From: Paecilomyces variotii
Lineage: Eukaryota
NCBI GenBank assembly: GCA_004022145.1
Contig: RCNU01000004.1
Direction: 5' to 3' (one strand)
Length of the DNA: 64,000 nucleotides
Shown here: piece after piece, positions 24,678 through 38,362 of the stretch
Position numbering within the stretch: the stretch's first letter is position 1
Layout: each line of letters opens with the position of its first letter
Notes under the pieces: model-generated
The model's database searches: none
The model's input: only the letters and a program-made list of their open reading frames with translations
What the model was told of the DNA's origin: nothing
Position numbers and translations under genes: made by a program

Positions 24678-25843
24678 TCACCCCACCTGCGGCAGCCCGA
24701 TCGTTTGTTGGCAGAAATGCAGAACACTTTCTCCCCAGATATCTTTTCCTTTGTAACTTGCTACCTCTTCAGGCCAGGTTTCCATCTCTCTAACTAAGTT
24801 ATGCAGTTCCTCTCTTGGGAGCTCCTCCAGTGTGGTGAGAGTGGTCTTGACGCCGAAAAGAAGAGCTCCGCTTTGCGGTAGCTTGCGAAAGGTCTGTCTT
24901 TCGCGTCGAATGATGATATCGCATGGTCGAGGACTGGGGGTCGCCTCTGAGAGTCCATCTGGTCTGAACAATGTGGAATAAAGACCCTCGTTTGGTCCTT
25001 TTAGTTCTACAAAGTAGTTGGAGCGTTCCATGGGAGATTCAGGGGTCAATCGAGCAAGGAACCTTTACGAGCATCAGCACCGCCGACGAGCATACCCATT
25101 GTTGGAATTGTGGAGAAGTCTTACTTGCTAACAGATGCGGAGACTTGCTCTTTCCATAGTGGCACGGGGCTATGCAATTGAGTCACCGTCCATCCGATCC
25201 GTTCTGCAACAGCCCAACCGACGGGAAAGAGGCTTCCACTTGCTGCCCTGCATTGATCATTAGCCATTCGTTCTGTCCTCAAGCACAGTGTTAACACATA
25301 CAGGTAGTACTCGTCATCCGCATTCTTTATCAGGATACTCAGGTCTTCCATGGATAGCCGCACTGCAACCTCAAGGGGTTCCATGCTGCTGTTTGGCCCT
25401 CCAAATATGAAAGTTTCTCCTGTTTTCTTGTTATGGACCGCTGTCTCCTTATCTTTCTTTGTGCTTTCGAACATCCACGGATACCTTTCACAGAGGAAGG
25501 CCACGACTTCTGTCAATGCTTCGGTACAAGCTTCCCGAGATTCGGGAAGAACTTGGAATACTTTTGGCTTCTCCGCCTCAAGCAGACGCGCTCTCACTCG
25601 ATGCTCGTCCATATAGTTCTTATCCATTGTTAACCAATTGTGTTGGTCAAGTTTGCGGACGTCCATCATGACTCGATATGTACCCCGGCCTCGAATCGGC
25701 CTCGGAGGGTATGGTGCCATGCGCTCAAGATCGTGTGCAGAGCTTCGAGATCCCTTCCCGGATGGGAAGTCTCGAAGCCGTGTATAAAGCCATTGAAGGG
25801 AAAGGCTAATGAAAAGGAAAACCGCTAAGTATACAAGTAACAT
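24678..25843 (-). CDS. DUF3445 / HRQ-family protein (heme-dependent oxidative N-demethylase alpha subunit-like), 3 exons
   Basis: N-terminal TM segment; MDVRKLDQHNWLTMDKNY, EDLSIL, FPVGW..AERIG..VTQLHSPVP, ERSNYF and RRERQTFRKLPQSGALLFGVKT. Confidence 0.8.
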
Positions 25844-28800
25844 GTTTAATGTTGGATCACTTCAACTGACAAAGAATATCCGGACGACATTTTGCTGAGA
25901 ATCCGAGGAACTTATAATCCAGCTTTGTCCGGCAAGGAAAAACAACCGCCTCAATTAGCTTCTCTTCCATTACTCATTTTGCTTAATGGTTAATGACGAC
26001 ACGTGCCTGTGTTTCTGATACGTTCCTCATATTCCCCACAACGTCCACAGTTCGCTTACTTACATAGCATGGCAACATCCACATGATCATGCAGGCTTTT
26101 GGCGCGGTGCCATTGACGAGACCCATAATGAAACTATCAAATAGAACCGCCAGGAACAAGACGCCTCTGTATAGACGGGTCCTACGCAGCTCATGGATTC
26201 AAGAAGCTGTGAAAATGACAAGCGGAACTCCAGCCGAGCCGTGTCCGTGCGCTTGGAACCTTTGTTGCTCGATCAGAGACAGGCCGGAAGCCGATCGCAG
26301 AACCGCAGTACCCGCCGATCTCTTGTCATCCGAATTTCAGCTCTTCGAGATAATAACTATAGGTGAGGATTCGGCTACCCCCTGTCGAAGTTCTCGGTCT
26401 TGTGAGTTACCGCGACAGCCACTCGAAAGAGCCGCTATCTTTGAGCATGGCTGTGGAGTTAGTCCCCGGCAGCTTCTCCGCCCTACTGCGGACAAGGCTA
26501 CGGAGTATAGCGTCTGCTCAACCGACCGCTCTGACGCCTTTTCTTGGAAACTGCGTGACGGAACACTGGGTCCGGGTCCATTTTGGTTCCACATGGTGGT
26601 GGCTTATGGATCGTGGAACTGCTTCCCCGGAAAGTCCAGGCTTCGAAGTATCATTTGGTGACACAAGCTTCCAAGCTCAATCCGCCTTGACGATTATTGA
26701 GTTTCCCGCACAAGGCGCGCTTGCCGCCTGGAGGTTGATGCTTATTCTAAGAGATCTTGATTGTAATCCAATCAGTTCGCTGCCATAGTCATTCTCGATC
26801 TCGACTCATCGTGAGCGGTCAAGAGAGAGGCTCCGATAAACTGCTTATGTCATGACGCCATACTCGCCTTTTTTCTGATCTATCTCGTGTGCCTTTTGCC
26901 TGTCAGCTTTGGGATCCAAGATCCTAGCTGCGGATCGTTATGTCAGTATTCTGTTAACGGTTGCAGTTACCACGATGCTACATTATTCGATCCAGGGGGT
27001 GCGGGCCAACCAGCTCTTTGTTACCGGTGCTCGGGTGAAGAGGCCACGCTAACCTTCTAGACAGACGCAGGGTCTCATCCACAATTAGTCTGGCCATTAT
27101 TGAGCCCACCTCCCGAACGAACATACCGGGAAGCGCGGAGGAGTAAGTATGCTTTCCTGGTCGACGCCCCTGAAACGCGTCCTCATTAGTGTCTGCAGAT
27201 CTGGTTCGTGTATCTGGTTCATGCTATGTACTTCCAGCCGCAGCGTGACCAATCCACTAGCGACTATTGATAACAAGTAGCCCTTGTTCCTGACGCCTGA
27301 GCCAGCCTATGAGCGAAGTACATGCTCGATGGGGTCCTCGTCCAATCAGGATCAGACATTGTACTGTTTATAACTTATTTCACTTTTTCGATTCTTATAA
27401 TCTGGCAATTCATGTACTTGATGAACTGTGCGCTCTCCGGCTCTCGTTGTCCAGTGTAGGTCCATTGCCTAGTCACATACTGGATAAACAGCTTCTGCAG
27501 TTACTGCTGCGAACGCGTGCGGATAGCACAAAATAACGTTGGCCACGCCGACAGACCCGGTTCCAGATCGACAGACCAGCTCGCTATAGGGAAAGGGTCA
27601 AACACGTCACCCAAGCTCGTGCATGGTCTAGCGAGCACCGAGGCTGCGAGTCTTAGGAGAAAAAGGACATGTCATGTCAATTTGGGCTTTCGGATTGTTC
27701 AATTCCAATACCCCACGGGCCCGAGCTTTTCAAGTCTATTTTGACAGCACTGCAGACTATACAATCTGATGCCGAACTATCGCCTCCGGTGATTATAGGT
27801 CGACTGTTTCTTATCCCCGCAGAAGCTATAGCTAGCTATGTTCATACCATGCGATCAGAATTATCTGGACCCTAACATTCGGGACTTCTGCTAACCATGT
27901 GAATGCACTTTGTTTCGGTCCATGAAAATCTTACCTTTTGACAGATACAAGCAGACACAACGTGCACTTGTTGGGAAGGATGAAAAGCTGCGGGTTGCGC
28001 ACGCGATAGTGCAAATTGCAGGTCAGACTCAATTACCGAATGACTTCCATTGCTACTCTTGCTAAACGCTGGGGGGCTCGGAGATGCCGGACTTGAGACC
28101 TGTGGTTTGCCACAATCAGGCTGATGATGCACAAGGGCGTTCTAATCTGCGAACACGCAATAGCCTGAGCCTTGACTCGCCGTCTCTACAAGCGGACTTT
28201 TTAGTAGATTCCCTAAAAAGTGCTAGAGGGTCTTCTGAGATTCGGAAAACTTTGATATCGGCATCCAAGGAACCACTGCTTTTGGTATCAGCTTTCTACC
28301 TGTTCGGACAACTCATCTTCTGCCTCGATAAACGAGAAAACTATACAGCATTAGCAGCCACTTCCTCTGTACAGATGCTAGTCCAGGCTAGGCAGGAGAA
28401 ATGGACGGCGCAATGCTTAACGTCATCAGGTTACACGCACTTCGCTTCTCTGCAGTTGATCAACAAACGTGAATTTTCCTTCTGAAGGCACGCCTGAGTT
28501 TCGGAGAAAGTGTACTAGCGAGGAGAATCGGAGGTGGTACATATTACCTATCCCTGTCTATCTGTTTACCTCCCTGTCCAACCGATAAATCACCCCAATC
28601 GACAGGGTATCTGAGAGCTGCGGTACGTAGTCAGTTCCTACAGTTGACTCCCGGGGATCTTATCGCTTCTCCGAGTACAATTGCAGCATCAGCTCCGATC
28701 TTTCCTACAGCGAGTATGTGGCACAGTCAACTTTCGTCTCATGCACCCCTCACGCAGACGGGACGTTAGCCCTCGATGAGATCACTCGTGTCATTCTGTC

Positions 28801-30427
28801 AAATTTAGCCAGGAAGAAAACGATGCGCCTAGTTTCTTGTGTTCCCTCTAAATGGCGATGGTGATATAGTCTTGCCTCTCTCGATAAGCCATTCTAGAGT
28901 TTCCCCCGGCCGAACAGCTTGCCACGTTGCCACTATGCGCTGCCTTGCCTACAGAACGAGGATGAGGCACGGACATTAGACGAAGTCACCTGGTCGATGG
29001 TATCCCGTTTAATGGCCCAAATCAGAATATCCAACCCTGCAACCCGTGTTCTGCATCTTTCCCCCACATCGGATCTTAGGAGCTCGTGCATAATACTAAT
29101 ATACGTACGAGTCATGAGGATGATCATGAGAAGGGGGAAAATATAAGGAATGACAAACAGAGGTCATGAGAACTTCAGAGGTACTATCCTACCCCAAAAC
29201 ATGCATCTGTTGCATTCCTCCCCAGCTGTATGTAGGTTTCAGTTGCGGAGGCAGCTTGGCAAGAACAACGACAGCAAGGGAGACTTACGAACCTAGCAGT
29301 AATAGAAAGAAATCGGCAAATGTCCGTTTAGTTCTTTCCAGTGCTAGTCATACAGGACAGTAGCACATTGATGAAGTGATATTGTATAATCCTAACTCCG
29401 GGGACTTGAATTCAGCCAAGAATATTTCAATCATCTGTTTCTTAGATTTGACAATCCTTTCTAAGTTACACCTTTCTAACTTACAGACCAACAGAGCTCA
29501 TTGATCTAGACGTTGGGCATGAGAAATGACGCACTACGTGTCTGTTTGTCGATGCAGAAAGATTAGACCTGTCACATCGCCCTTTGCAGCATATATACGC
29601 TAGTTATAGAACATACTGGATCTAGATTCTTTGCATGAGTAGCACTTATGGTAATCAAGCCTTAAGTATGGAAGTCGACTTACATTACTGGATTTCCTAA
29701 AGAGTGGCTTTTCGAAGCACTTTCCCATCTTGATCTATGAATGTCTCGAGACGTATTCTCAATTGAGTTATGGAACAACACAAGAGTGATAAGGTCAAGG
29801 TAAGATATAATACCGATCATCTGATATGATATGATTGAATTGGATTGTATCGCATCGCATCGAATATAGGCTAATCATGATATATAAGATCTCTTCTCTT
29901 CTCAATCCATGAACAACAATACAGAAAAGAATAAAAAGAAGAAGAAAAAAGTAACTATCTCTTAATTTCATGACGACGGGAATATGAGGTATACGAAATT
30001 TCGATCTGTATCGAAAAAACAGGGGAATAGGGAAACGAAACATAAAAAAAAAAGTATAGATTAGCGCATGGGGAATCCAAAAAAAAAAAAGAAAAAATAA
30101 TCAATCAGACATAGATCATGTGCAAACAAAAAACATGAGGCACTCGAAGGAATAATGATAATAATAATGTACGCTCAAAACTCCGGTTCTCCAGTGCAGT
30201 GCAAAGTTGTCGGGTTTAGGTGCCCAGACATCTTTTCTCTTTGCTTTTTTTTTTGTATGAACGTAATCCAGTTTCCAGGTCCAATCTGCTTCGCTCGGCT
30301 ATGGGACCTATTGGAAGCTTGCTTCTAGGACATAATGATTTCGCGGAGCCTCTTGTAACATCTAAAATGCCATTCGTCCGGTCTCTCTCTATCTTTGGGA
30401 GTCTCAGGCATGGATAGGACTAACCAA

Positions 30428-32788
30428 CTACCGGAACTTTGCCGTGCAACGGCCCATGACCTCACCCTGGCAGACCAGTTCGGCGTTGAATTCACTTCCA
30501 TCAAGTGTTAGATAGATGTCGAAGTACACGCGGTAAAAGGTGCCCTGAGGCGTGTCCATGCGCTCAAAGTCCTTTTCGAGATTCTTGCGAGAGAGGTCCG
30601 AGGTAAGCGTGACGACCTCCTTGATGCCTGACGCGAAATGCCGGTTAGCAATGGATGGAATAGACTATGTTGGGCGAAAGAAAAAAAAGGAGAAACTTAC
30701 GAGGATCCTTGGTATACTCCGGACACACATCCTCGTCACAGGCATAGAGGATATCTTCGTACATCAACGTAGCACCAGGAGCAACCTGGCGGAAAAAGCT
30801 GACTTTGACTGGCTCTCCGATCTTCACGCGCTCACCCTTCTGGACAAAGATTTGCCGTGTATACTTGCATCTATCTTTACCGTCCAAACTGGGCACGCGA
30901 TACTGCTCTGGGTGGTAGCCTTCTTTGAATGGCTGTAAGGTTGCCATCAGATAGTGTCGACGGGCAACTCTATGGGTGACGACTCGCTCCGTGATACCTG
31001 CAGTTACTGCACCTTTGACAATGGCCGCAACCGAGTCCATGGGCCGCACAACCTTAGACTGATACTGAGGGGGCACATGAAGTTTGATTTGCTGGAAGAG
31101 GTATTCGGAAGCACCAAAACCACCAACGATCAAGACGTTCTAGGGTGACCGTCAGAAAAAAAAAACTGCACATATAAGAGCAAATAGTGGGGTTGGTTAA
31201 TGCCACCTACCTGTAACGACCGGTTCTGAGCTTGGATGGCTATGATCTGATTGCGAATCAGTTCCAATATCCGATTCACAACCGGCTCGAAGCACTGTAG
31301 GATCTCCTCGTTGGTGAAAGTCATGAAACCCTCCTCAATTCCAGCTTCAGGATAGTCAGACTCGATACCAACATCCACCGCCCATTTCTGACCATTGTTA
31401 CGGAAGTCCGCCTTGATTCGGTTCTCAAAGTCCATAATGCACTTCGCGTATACTCTTCCGGCGGTCCGTGATCCATCTGGGAGTTTCATCTTTCGAATCT
31501 TTGCGCGCAGGATGTTGCTGAAGTTCCGATTCAAGGTTGTAGATCCGCAGGAGTCACCGGAACCAGCGGTGCACTCCGCAACACTGAAGGGATGTTCCTC
31601 CTCAACTTCATATGCGATCAGGTCAACTGTTCCACCGCCACAATCGACGATGAGAATGGCGTCTCCAATCTTCAAGTTGAGAAGTCCAGTCTTGGAGCAA
31701 AACATAGCAGCAGCCTCTGGCTCCGAGATCAAGGTCAAACGGTTATCATTCTCATCCCGCAAGAAACCAGCTTGAATGGCCGCCGATCGCGTGGCTGCTT
31801 TTCCAGCATCATTCCAGATGGCGGGTACTGTCAAGAAATATCTGATGTTTCGCTCTTCTCTGTCGAAAACCTCTCCTAGTGTCTTCTGCAGCTGAGCCCG
31901 CATTGCCTGTCGTAGCTTGAAGAGATAATCTGCCGCGACGTCGATCTCTGACTTGCCTGGAGGCAGCGGAGGAAGGTTGATGGGGTCAATGTAGGTATTT
32001 CCTGAAAGCATAAGCTGTAGCTTGAACCATTCGACCTTCTGTACTCCAGGTTTTGGATAGCCGCTAGGAGCGAGGGCGTCCGCAACATCGTGGGCCCATC
32101 CTACAACGTTCTGGTACTGATCGTAGTATAGCACGGTGGGAATCTACTCAGCAACAGCAAGGTTAGATGCCAGACTCGTCAAATCCCAAGGTCATTCGAA
32201 CACAGCTCTCCATACCTTCTGCTTGGTATTCGTGCCCGCTCCGGGCCATTCTGTGATTATATCCTCCCTCGCCTCTGTATTCGTCGCAAAAGCGAAAGCA
32301 ACACCAGAGAATGTTGTGCCAAAATCAATACCGACGATTAGCTGGGCCTTGCTCCGCCCTGCACCCTCCACCTCTACTGCGGGGTTGCGCATCCCATACT
32401 GGTTCATCGTGGGTTGGATCCCATGCGGAATCGATTGAGGATATCCTCCATAGGCTGGAGGCGCCATAGCAGGAACACCATGCTGCCCATACTGCAGACT
32501 GGTGTTTATAGGTGCGGGGTGGGGGGCAAGCTGCTGCCCCGGCGGCATCGGGCTGGTCGGTCGACCCGTACCATTATATGGATAACTGGGAGGGCGACCG
32601 TGCTGCGCGTGGCCAGGCATGGGTAAACTGGCTGTCGAGGCCGACGGTGGAGAGCCGGTAGAGCTGGCGTTCGACGGCGCCAGGAGGTTGTTGTGCGGAC
32701 TGGCGACCTGGTCCTGAGGTAGGTTGCTGTGACTGTTCTTGCGTCTGCTGAAAGTGAGGGATTTGAATCGGGAGCTCATTAGATCCAT
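30428..32788 (-). CDS. Hsp70-like protein (HSPA12-like fungal subfamily), 4 exons
   Basis: VGIDFGTTFSG, TVPAIW, ISEPEAAA, VDCGGGTVDL and IVGGFGASEYL. Last exon ...GEVMGRCTAKFR* ends at 30428. Pro-rich N-terminus; start is 32788 or 32779. Confidence 0.88.
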
Positions 32789-34633
32789 AAGAAGGCAAAG
32801 CCTGGAGGGGAGAAGAGAGGAGAAGAGGAAGGCTGAGGGCCAAAAGGATAAGCAAACGATGAGTAAAGAGCGGGTGGGAGATCAGAGTCAGCACAAAGTC
32901 AGTTAATTAGGTCTTTCTTTCGGAGAGCGGGGGGTCTGTATCGCAGAGGGCAGGATACGACGATGGCCACCGGTTACACTCGACACGATACTGATTCTGC
33001 AGACATTCGCTGGTTGAAGATCAGATCACACTGTCCGACGCAGAGATTTGAAGAGACAAAAAAAGTCCCGAGACGTTTGCTGCAGACGATACGGGGGAGA
33101 GTGAGCGCGGGTCTAGTGCGAGGCCAGGGCGATGCTGTGAGGCTGAGCAAGATGGCGGTTAGGTATGGCCTTCCAACAAGCGGGGATCAAGCCAAAAGCA
33201 ACCAAAATAGAGCTGAAAGCTGCCAGATCAAGGTACTACGATGGATAGTTATGAAGAAAAAGAGACTGGAGTTCTCTGCTGCGTGGGTTCTGGCGTGATA
33301 TGCCTCTCATTCTCATGCTCGCGATGTCCATAGCCAGCCAGTGACAGGCGGAGAGGAGCGCCCAAGGGATCTCCGTTCCGTACGGTCGCATACCAGACGT
33401 TTGTTACGGTGGAACATGTCCAGTACGGGGTAATTCTTACCTTACAACTCGATTATTCAAGTTCAAGATCAAGATCAAGAACCAGGTCGGGCTTTATCTA
33501 TGAGCGCTTCCCCATGGTCACCGACGGATAATAAATAATCTTGCTAACAACGGGTCGAATGTTTCCCGCCGGCTAAGTACTGCTGCTGACTGTATGTTGT
33601 TGAACACCACGTTTCCCGCCTTTCCAGTGTCCAACGTCTTGATTCAGGCTCCTTGGTTATCATGATTCACTTGGCTCAGACTAACTATTATTAACTAGTT
33701 AAATAACCGATTAGTACTCAAGTTACAAGTATCAGTGCGCTCTCCCTTGAGTGAACAGAGCATCCCGTGATCGATCCGATAGATACCGCCCCACTGTGCC
33801 ATGTCTATCGCGCAGTCAAGGGAGCGCAGTGAACGTTTTTGACCCCGTTGGTTAATAATTATTGTAGTTCGTTAACTACAAACTGGCTTGTCTACTACTG
33901 CTTACGCCGGGCAGGCTAAGGTAGTCATGGTGACTCGGATGCCATTCTCGCAAGATCAAACCAGCCTCTCAGGCCGTGTGCTTCGACACTAGAGTACTAC
34001 AGGCTATAGCAGAATCTCCTCCGGCAATAATAATTGTCCTCTCATTGTCAGTTCCCAATGCCCCGGGACCAGCTGGGTGACCTGGCTGGACGAGGTTAAT
34101 ACTGACTGGACAAAACCCCCCTGGATAGCGCGCTGGCCAACAAGCGCCCCTAGACTACTACCTAGGTAGACTACCTCTCGGCCCCAGAACGAACGACCCA
34201 CGGGAATCAGATGAAGAGCGTTGGAGCTTGCTTTCTCCACCAGCCACATTCAGCCTTGCGACAACCATCTTGTTGAGGGTGGAAAGAGTCCAGCTGAACC
34301 GATCATGATGAGAGAGTCTGCGGATCGTAGATAACGTGGAATCTGGCTTGACATCAAGTCATCGTCAGCTGCCGGCCATGTCCGCAATCGAAGATTCTCA
34401 GGCTGTCTTAGTGTATCAAAACCCTCAATGGAACCCCTTGCCGGCGACGCAGCTATGCTCTTTGTTAGTCGTTACAGTACCGATGCGGTTGTCACATACG
34501 GTAAAGAACATGGACACTGGTGGCCTAAGGCGGATTTCGATACTACTCAAACCCTAGCGCCGTCATCCCATAATAGAACCATATTGCGTTACTAGCGGGC
34601 ATTAGGGAGCATACTATGGAGAAGTGACTATAT

Positions 34634-36266
34634 TTATGTCGCTTTCTTTCGAGCTATCCAGCGAGAAGGTCTGTACAGGTTCTGCAGCATACTGCGCGGG
34701 TCTTGGATGTAGCCACATTCACGCTGCCCTTCCCTCAGAGCACGCTCCTCCACGTGGAATCCCATCCGCTCCACAAGTAGCATGACTTCTTCGTCGGTCA
34801 GCTCGACACTTCCAGGCTCTCCAATCCCGTCATTCTGATGAGTATTCGCGCCAGTCTCCTCATTACTCTTGCCACCTCGGGTGCTGCTGCTCTCAAAGTG
34901 CCATAACAGAGGGCCTACGTTGATCCAGATTCCACCGGGCTTGAGACAGTTTCGGATGACTTCGATATACCGGATCAGATTTGGCGCAGTATCGATGAAG
35001 AACACAGTGGCAACCGCATCGAAAGCGTCCTTTTGTGACTCGCCTCGGTATAGAACCACAAAGTCCGCGGCAGACATGCTCATCGTCCCGAAATTTCCTT
35101 CTGCGTTACCCTCTGCTTGCTCCTGCTGAGCTGCAAGCATCGCAGACATGGGATGTACGTCTGGTATCATGACCTTTCGTAACTGTTGCGTCCTTGACTC
35201 TAGGTTGGAGAATTGTGTGGCAAAAGGATAGAGGACATGCTCTCCGGGCCCACGGGAGTGATTGAGTACCCAGCTGCTGGCTATCAGCTGGTGGTACGAG
35301 ATCTCATTACCTTCCGCTGCAAATCCAGCCTGGCAGAGATCGAAAACGAGCCTACCCAGTCCAGCCCCAGGAACCAACACTTTCACTTCTGACCGGGACC
35401 CCTTCCTTTGCCCGAATTCCTTATCTAAAGCTTTGATAACGGGGTCGTAACAGACCTCTCGCTCGGCCTTGCCTTCTGCACTCCAGTCCCTGTAGAACTG
35501 TCTAATAGTCGAGTGAGCCTTGCTCACATCGGACGATGTAGCCGTTCCCTGCCAATTGCGGGTCGGATCATCCTCTTCGGGGTTCGCTGATAGTCCGAAC
35601 GACTCCAGGCCAGTCTTGAGTATGGCGTCAGCAAGTTCCGCATTCGCATCAATGGCATCATCCACTTTGTTGAAGTTATCCAGAAGATTGAAAGGCGCTT
35701 CCGCTAGCATCTGCCAGTGCGAGGATGGGAGTGCGTAGAACGCCTGTCGTCGGCGGTGAGTGGTGTTCATGTGAGCTGTCCTTCGGTATTGCCTATTCAT
35801 TGCTTAGTGGATGTAAAGAATGCAAAATGAAATTATGGATCTCTGAGTGATTTGATCTCATAATGGAAGTTTGTAACCCCATGACCACATTAACAAGACC
35901 AACAAGGCAAAAGGGTATGAAGAGCATCAATTCTGAGCACACAATATAACGAACGCATATTCATTGGGAGACAAGAAATACATTAAACGACAAGCTTCGA
36001 TATTAAGGTCAATAAAGATTAACAAGCAATAAAGCAGAATATATCAAGGTCACGGTATCAAACACAGGATAGACAGATTCTGGTCTACCCCCTCTGGGTA
36101 CATAGGCCCATACACATCTGGAAACATAAATAAAAGATACGTACCTGAAAGAGTCAAGAGTAGAAAAGAGCACTCGACGCTCCTCCGGATCAGCAAAGGG
36201 ATCAAAGTCCCCTGCCCAACTCTGGACTTCTTCTGGCTCATCGTGATGATGGGCGTGCGGGTCCAT
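34634..36266 (-). CDS. Carnosine N-methyltransferase-like (N2227/CARNMT1 family) SAM-dependent histidine methyltransferase, 2 exons
   Basis: STIRQFYRDWSAEG, VLVPGAGLGRL, EGNEISYHQL, TVFFIDTAPN and GIWINVGPLLWH. Intron 35793-36144 joins LDSFR|QYRR. Confidence 0.88.
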
Positions 36267-36817
36267 GACTTCTAGAAATATGCATACAGATCGAGCTCAA
36301 ATACTCACTGACATCAAGCATGCCCTCTATCAGAAGAGCATAGATGGCCAATACACTCGTCACCCTTGGTCAGTAGAAGCTAACAATATAGAGCAGAGTA
36401 TTGACGTGGTGGGACGTCAAGCTCGGGGATGTTTCCGGGTCTCTTTTTGAGTGGTGCGCGAGGAGTGGGTCCAAAGACCTCCAACATCCCAAAGGAATCA
36501 CTATTCCTATCGTCAATATAATACACCTGCACCTTGCTTGAATCGGTTTCTGTCCTGGTGGTCTTAATCTGTGCTTCCAATTCTGACCGCTATATGAAGA
36601 AGATTCTTCACAATTAGTTGGGTTTAACCACGTGACAAGTACACGACCTCCATCGAATACTACCAGCCTATCTGCGGTGATCTTTACGAAGTCTCTCTTA
36701 TATTGCTTTCAATCTCCTTCATCCAACTTTTATTATCCTCTATCAAGTTCGTTTCACCTGCACTCTTGCAGGTCCTGAAAGCAATTCTTAAAAAAAGAAA
36801 GGGGAAAGGAAAGGAAA

Positions 36818-37684
36818 ATGACAACCATATCCACCCCACCGATAGAAATGCCACACGCAGAACCTACATCTCCTTCTACGACTCCAATCGAGATCTCATT
36901 TCCACTTCCAAAGACACCTCATACGACAGCCCATGTTCACCTGACTTTCCTGGCTACCTCAACCATGGTCTTTCTGGCCACGACGACGCCGGGAGATTCG
37001 GCGGGGACGATGAAGCCGCTGGGGAGTTTTGTGTATGCGATGCCGGATGTAGGTTTATTTTTTCTGATCTTGATTTCCTGTCTATCTTTATTTTCCTATG
37101 GTCCTACTCCTGTATCGTTGTTCAAGTGTTTATTCTTGATTTCCCTCTATTTTGGATTGATTTTGCGCTTCCCGGTTTATTCGCTTTTATGGCTTTGCAT
37201 ATTATTTCCTGATCTGGAAGAGCACTCGTTCTCTTCTAATAATATTCTGGGCCCGCATCGAACCCGTTTCAACTCTCCCCATGCAGTCACGCCCTGCCCT
37301 TCTATCGCGTTCCCGCTACTTATATAGCCTACCAATGTATCTTGCTCTACATCAACTCACCCCTTTGCGAGCCCAGTGCATTCATGCATGCATGACAAAA
37401 TATTGAGTGAACATATACTAACAAATATCCAGCGCACAAACACCCGCCCCGCACTCTCCACGGCGCTCTACACATCTCCCGCTAGCATCGACTACGCGAC
37501 GCGAACGGCAAAGATCCTCGCGCGTCGCATGCGTCGTCCCGTCTATGTCGGATGTAGCATCGACACGGTGGCGGCCGGTTCAACGGCCGAGGAGGAAATG
37601 GAAGGGCTAGCGAAGATCGTGGACGAGATTATGAAGAAGTGGGATGAGAAACAGAGGGCAGATGGTGTTGTTAATGGCGTGTGA
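36818..37684 (+). CDS. Probable 20S proteasome assembly chaperone (PAC4-like), 2 exons
   Basis: LGSFVYAMPD|RT...STALY...DYATRTAKILARRMRRPVYVGCS pattern. Intron 37049-37432 (GTAGGT...ACTAAC...CAG). Confidence 0.65.
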
Positions 37685-37936
37685 ATCTGGGACAGGTTCT
37701 TAGCAAAAAAGAAGATGAGGACGAAGACACTACTTTGCGAGGACAGTTTGCTGTGCTCCTAAGTTGTTGATGACTTGATGAGCGTATTCTGTTTAACCCT
37801 TGGATTGACCGCAGTTTTAATAACTTAGGATTCTCCTCTGATTGTGTAATCCACCAGTTGATGCGGCTTCGTGAAGCCGTTCTTCAGATATAATCAAACA
37901 TGCCTGTCTACCGCTATCTAGATCCCCTGTACAGGA

Positions 37937-37964
37937 ATATATATATATATATATATATATATAT
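37937..37964. repeat. (AT)14 microsatellite
   Basis: Uninterrupted AT dinucleotide run flanked by GA...TC, making a perfect palindrome. Confidence 0.9.
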
Positions 37965-38362
37965 TCTTGTTACCTACGGGGCAAGATATATGTTGGCCTC
38001 AAACGAGCAGGGTTGATGAGAAGAATTTGCAATCATCTGCTCGGGGTAATGACCATTCTATTTCAAAATGTGTCACCAGGTCGGTGGGCCTTTATCTAAT
38101 CATGGACGTCTGTTTTAGTTAATGTGCGTCGCCAACAGACCTAAAACTGTACGTTTTGATCTTTCGTATTGGAAAATTGCAAAAGAATGGCTTGATATTA
38201 TCGGAGAATCCAAAAAACATAGGAATTCGATTTGAACCCTCAAAGTGAGGGAAATGCCTAGCCTCTGAGATATACAAGTACATGTAGTGAAATGACGAAC
38301 TCTTTTATAATAGCACAAACGTGGTATAAAATGTCAAAAAGGGAGATTTTATGTATCACATC

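Noticed and set aside
26083-26661. 192-aa ORF in the gene-free interval
   Set aside because: No domain, atypical composition and no supporting exon structure.
27865-27900. ACCCTAAC as a possible telomerase RNA template
   Set aside because: Only about one telomeric repeat with no alignment region, and no pseudoknot or P6.1 element recognised.
33561-33620. Repeated GTTTCCCGCC motif upstream of the Hsp70-like gene
   Set aside because: Only two copies and no assignable fungal factor; insufficient support.
38228-38251. Minus-strand B-box-like GGTTCAAATC beside a CCCTCA/TGAGGG hairpin
   Set aside because: No cloverleaf or A box could be built, so it is not called as a tRNA.
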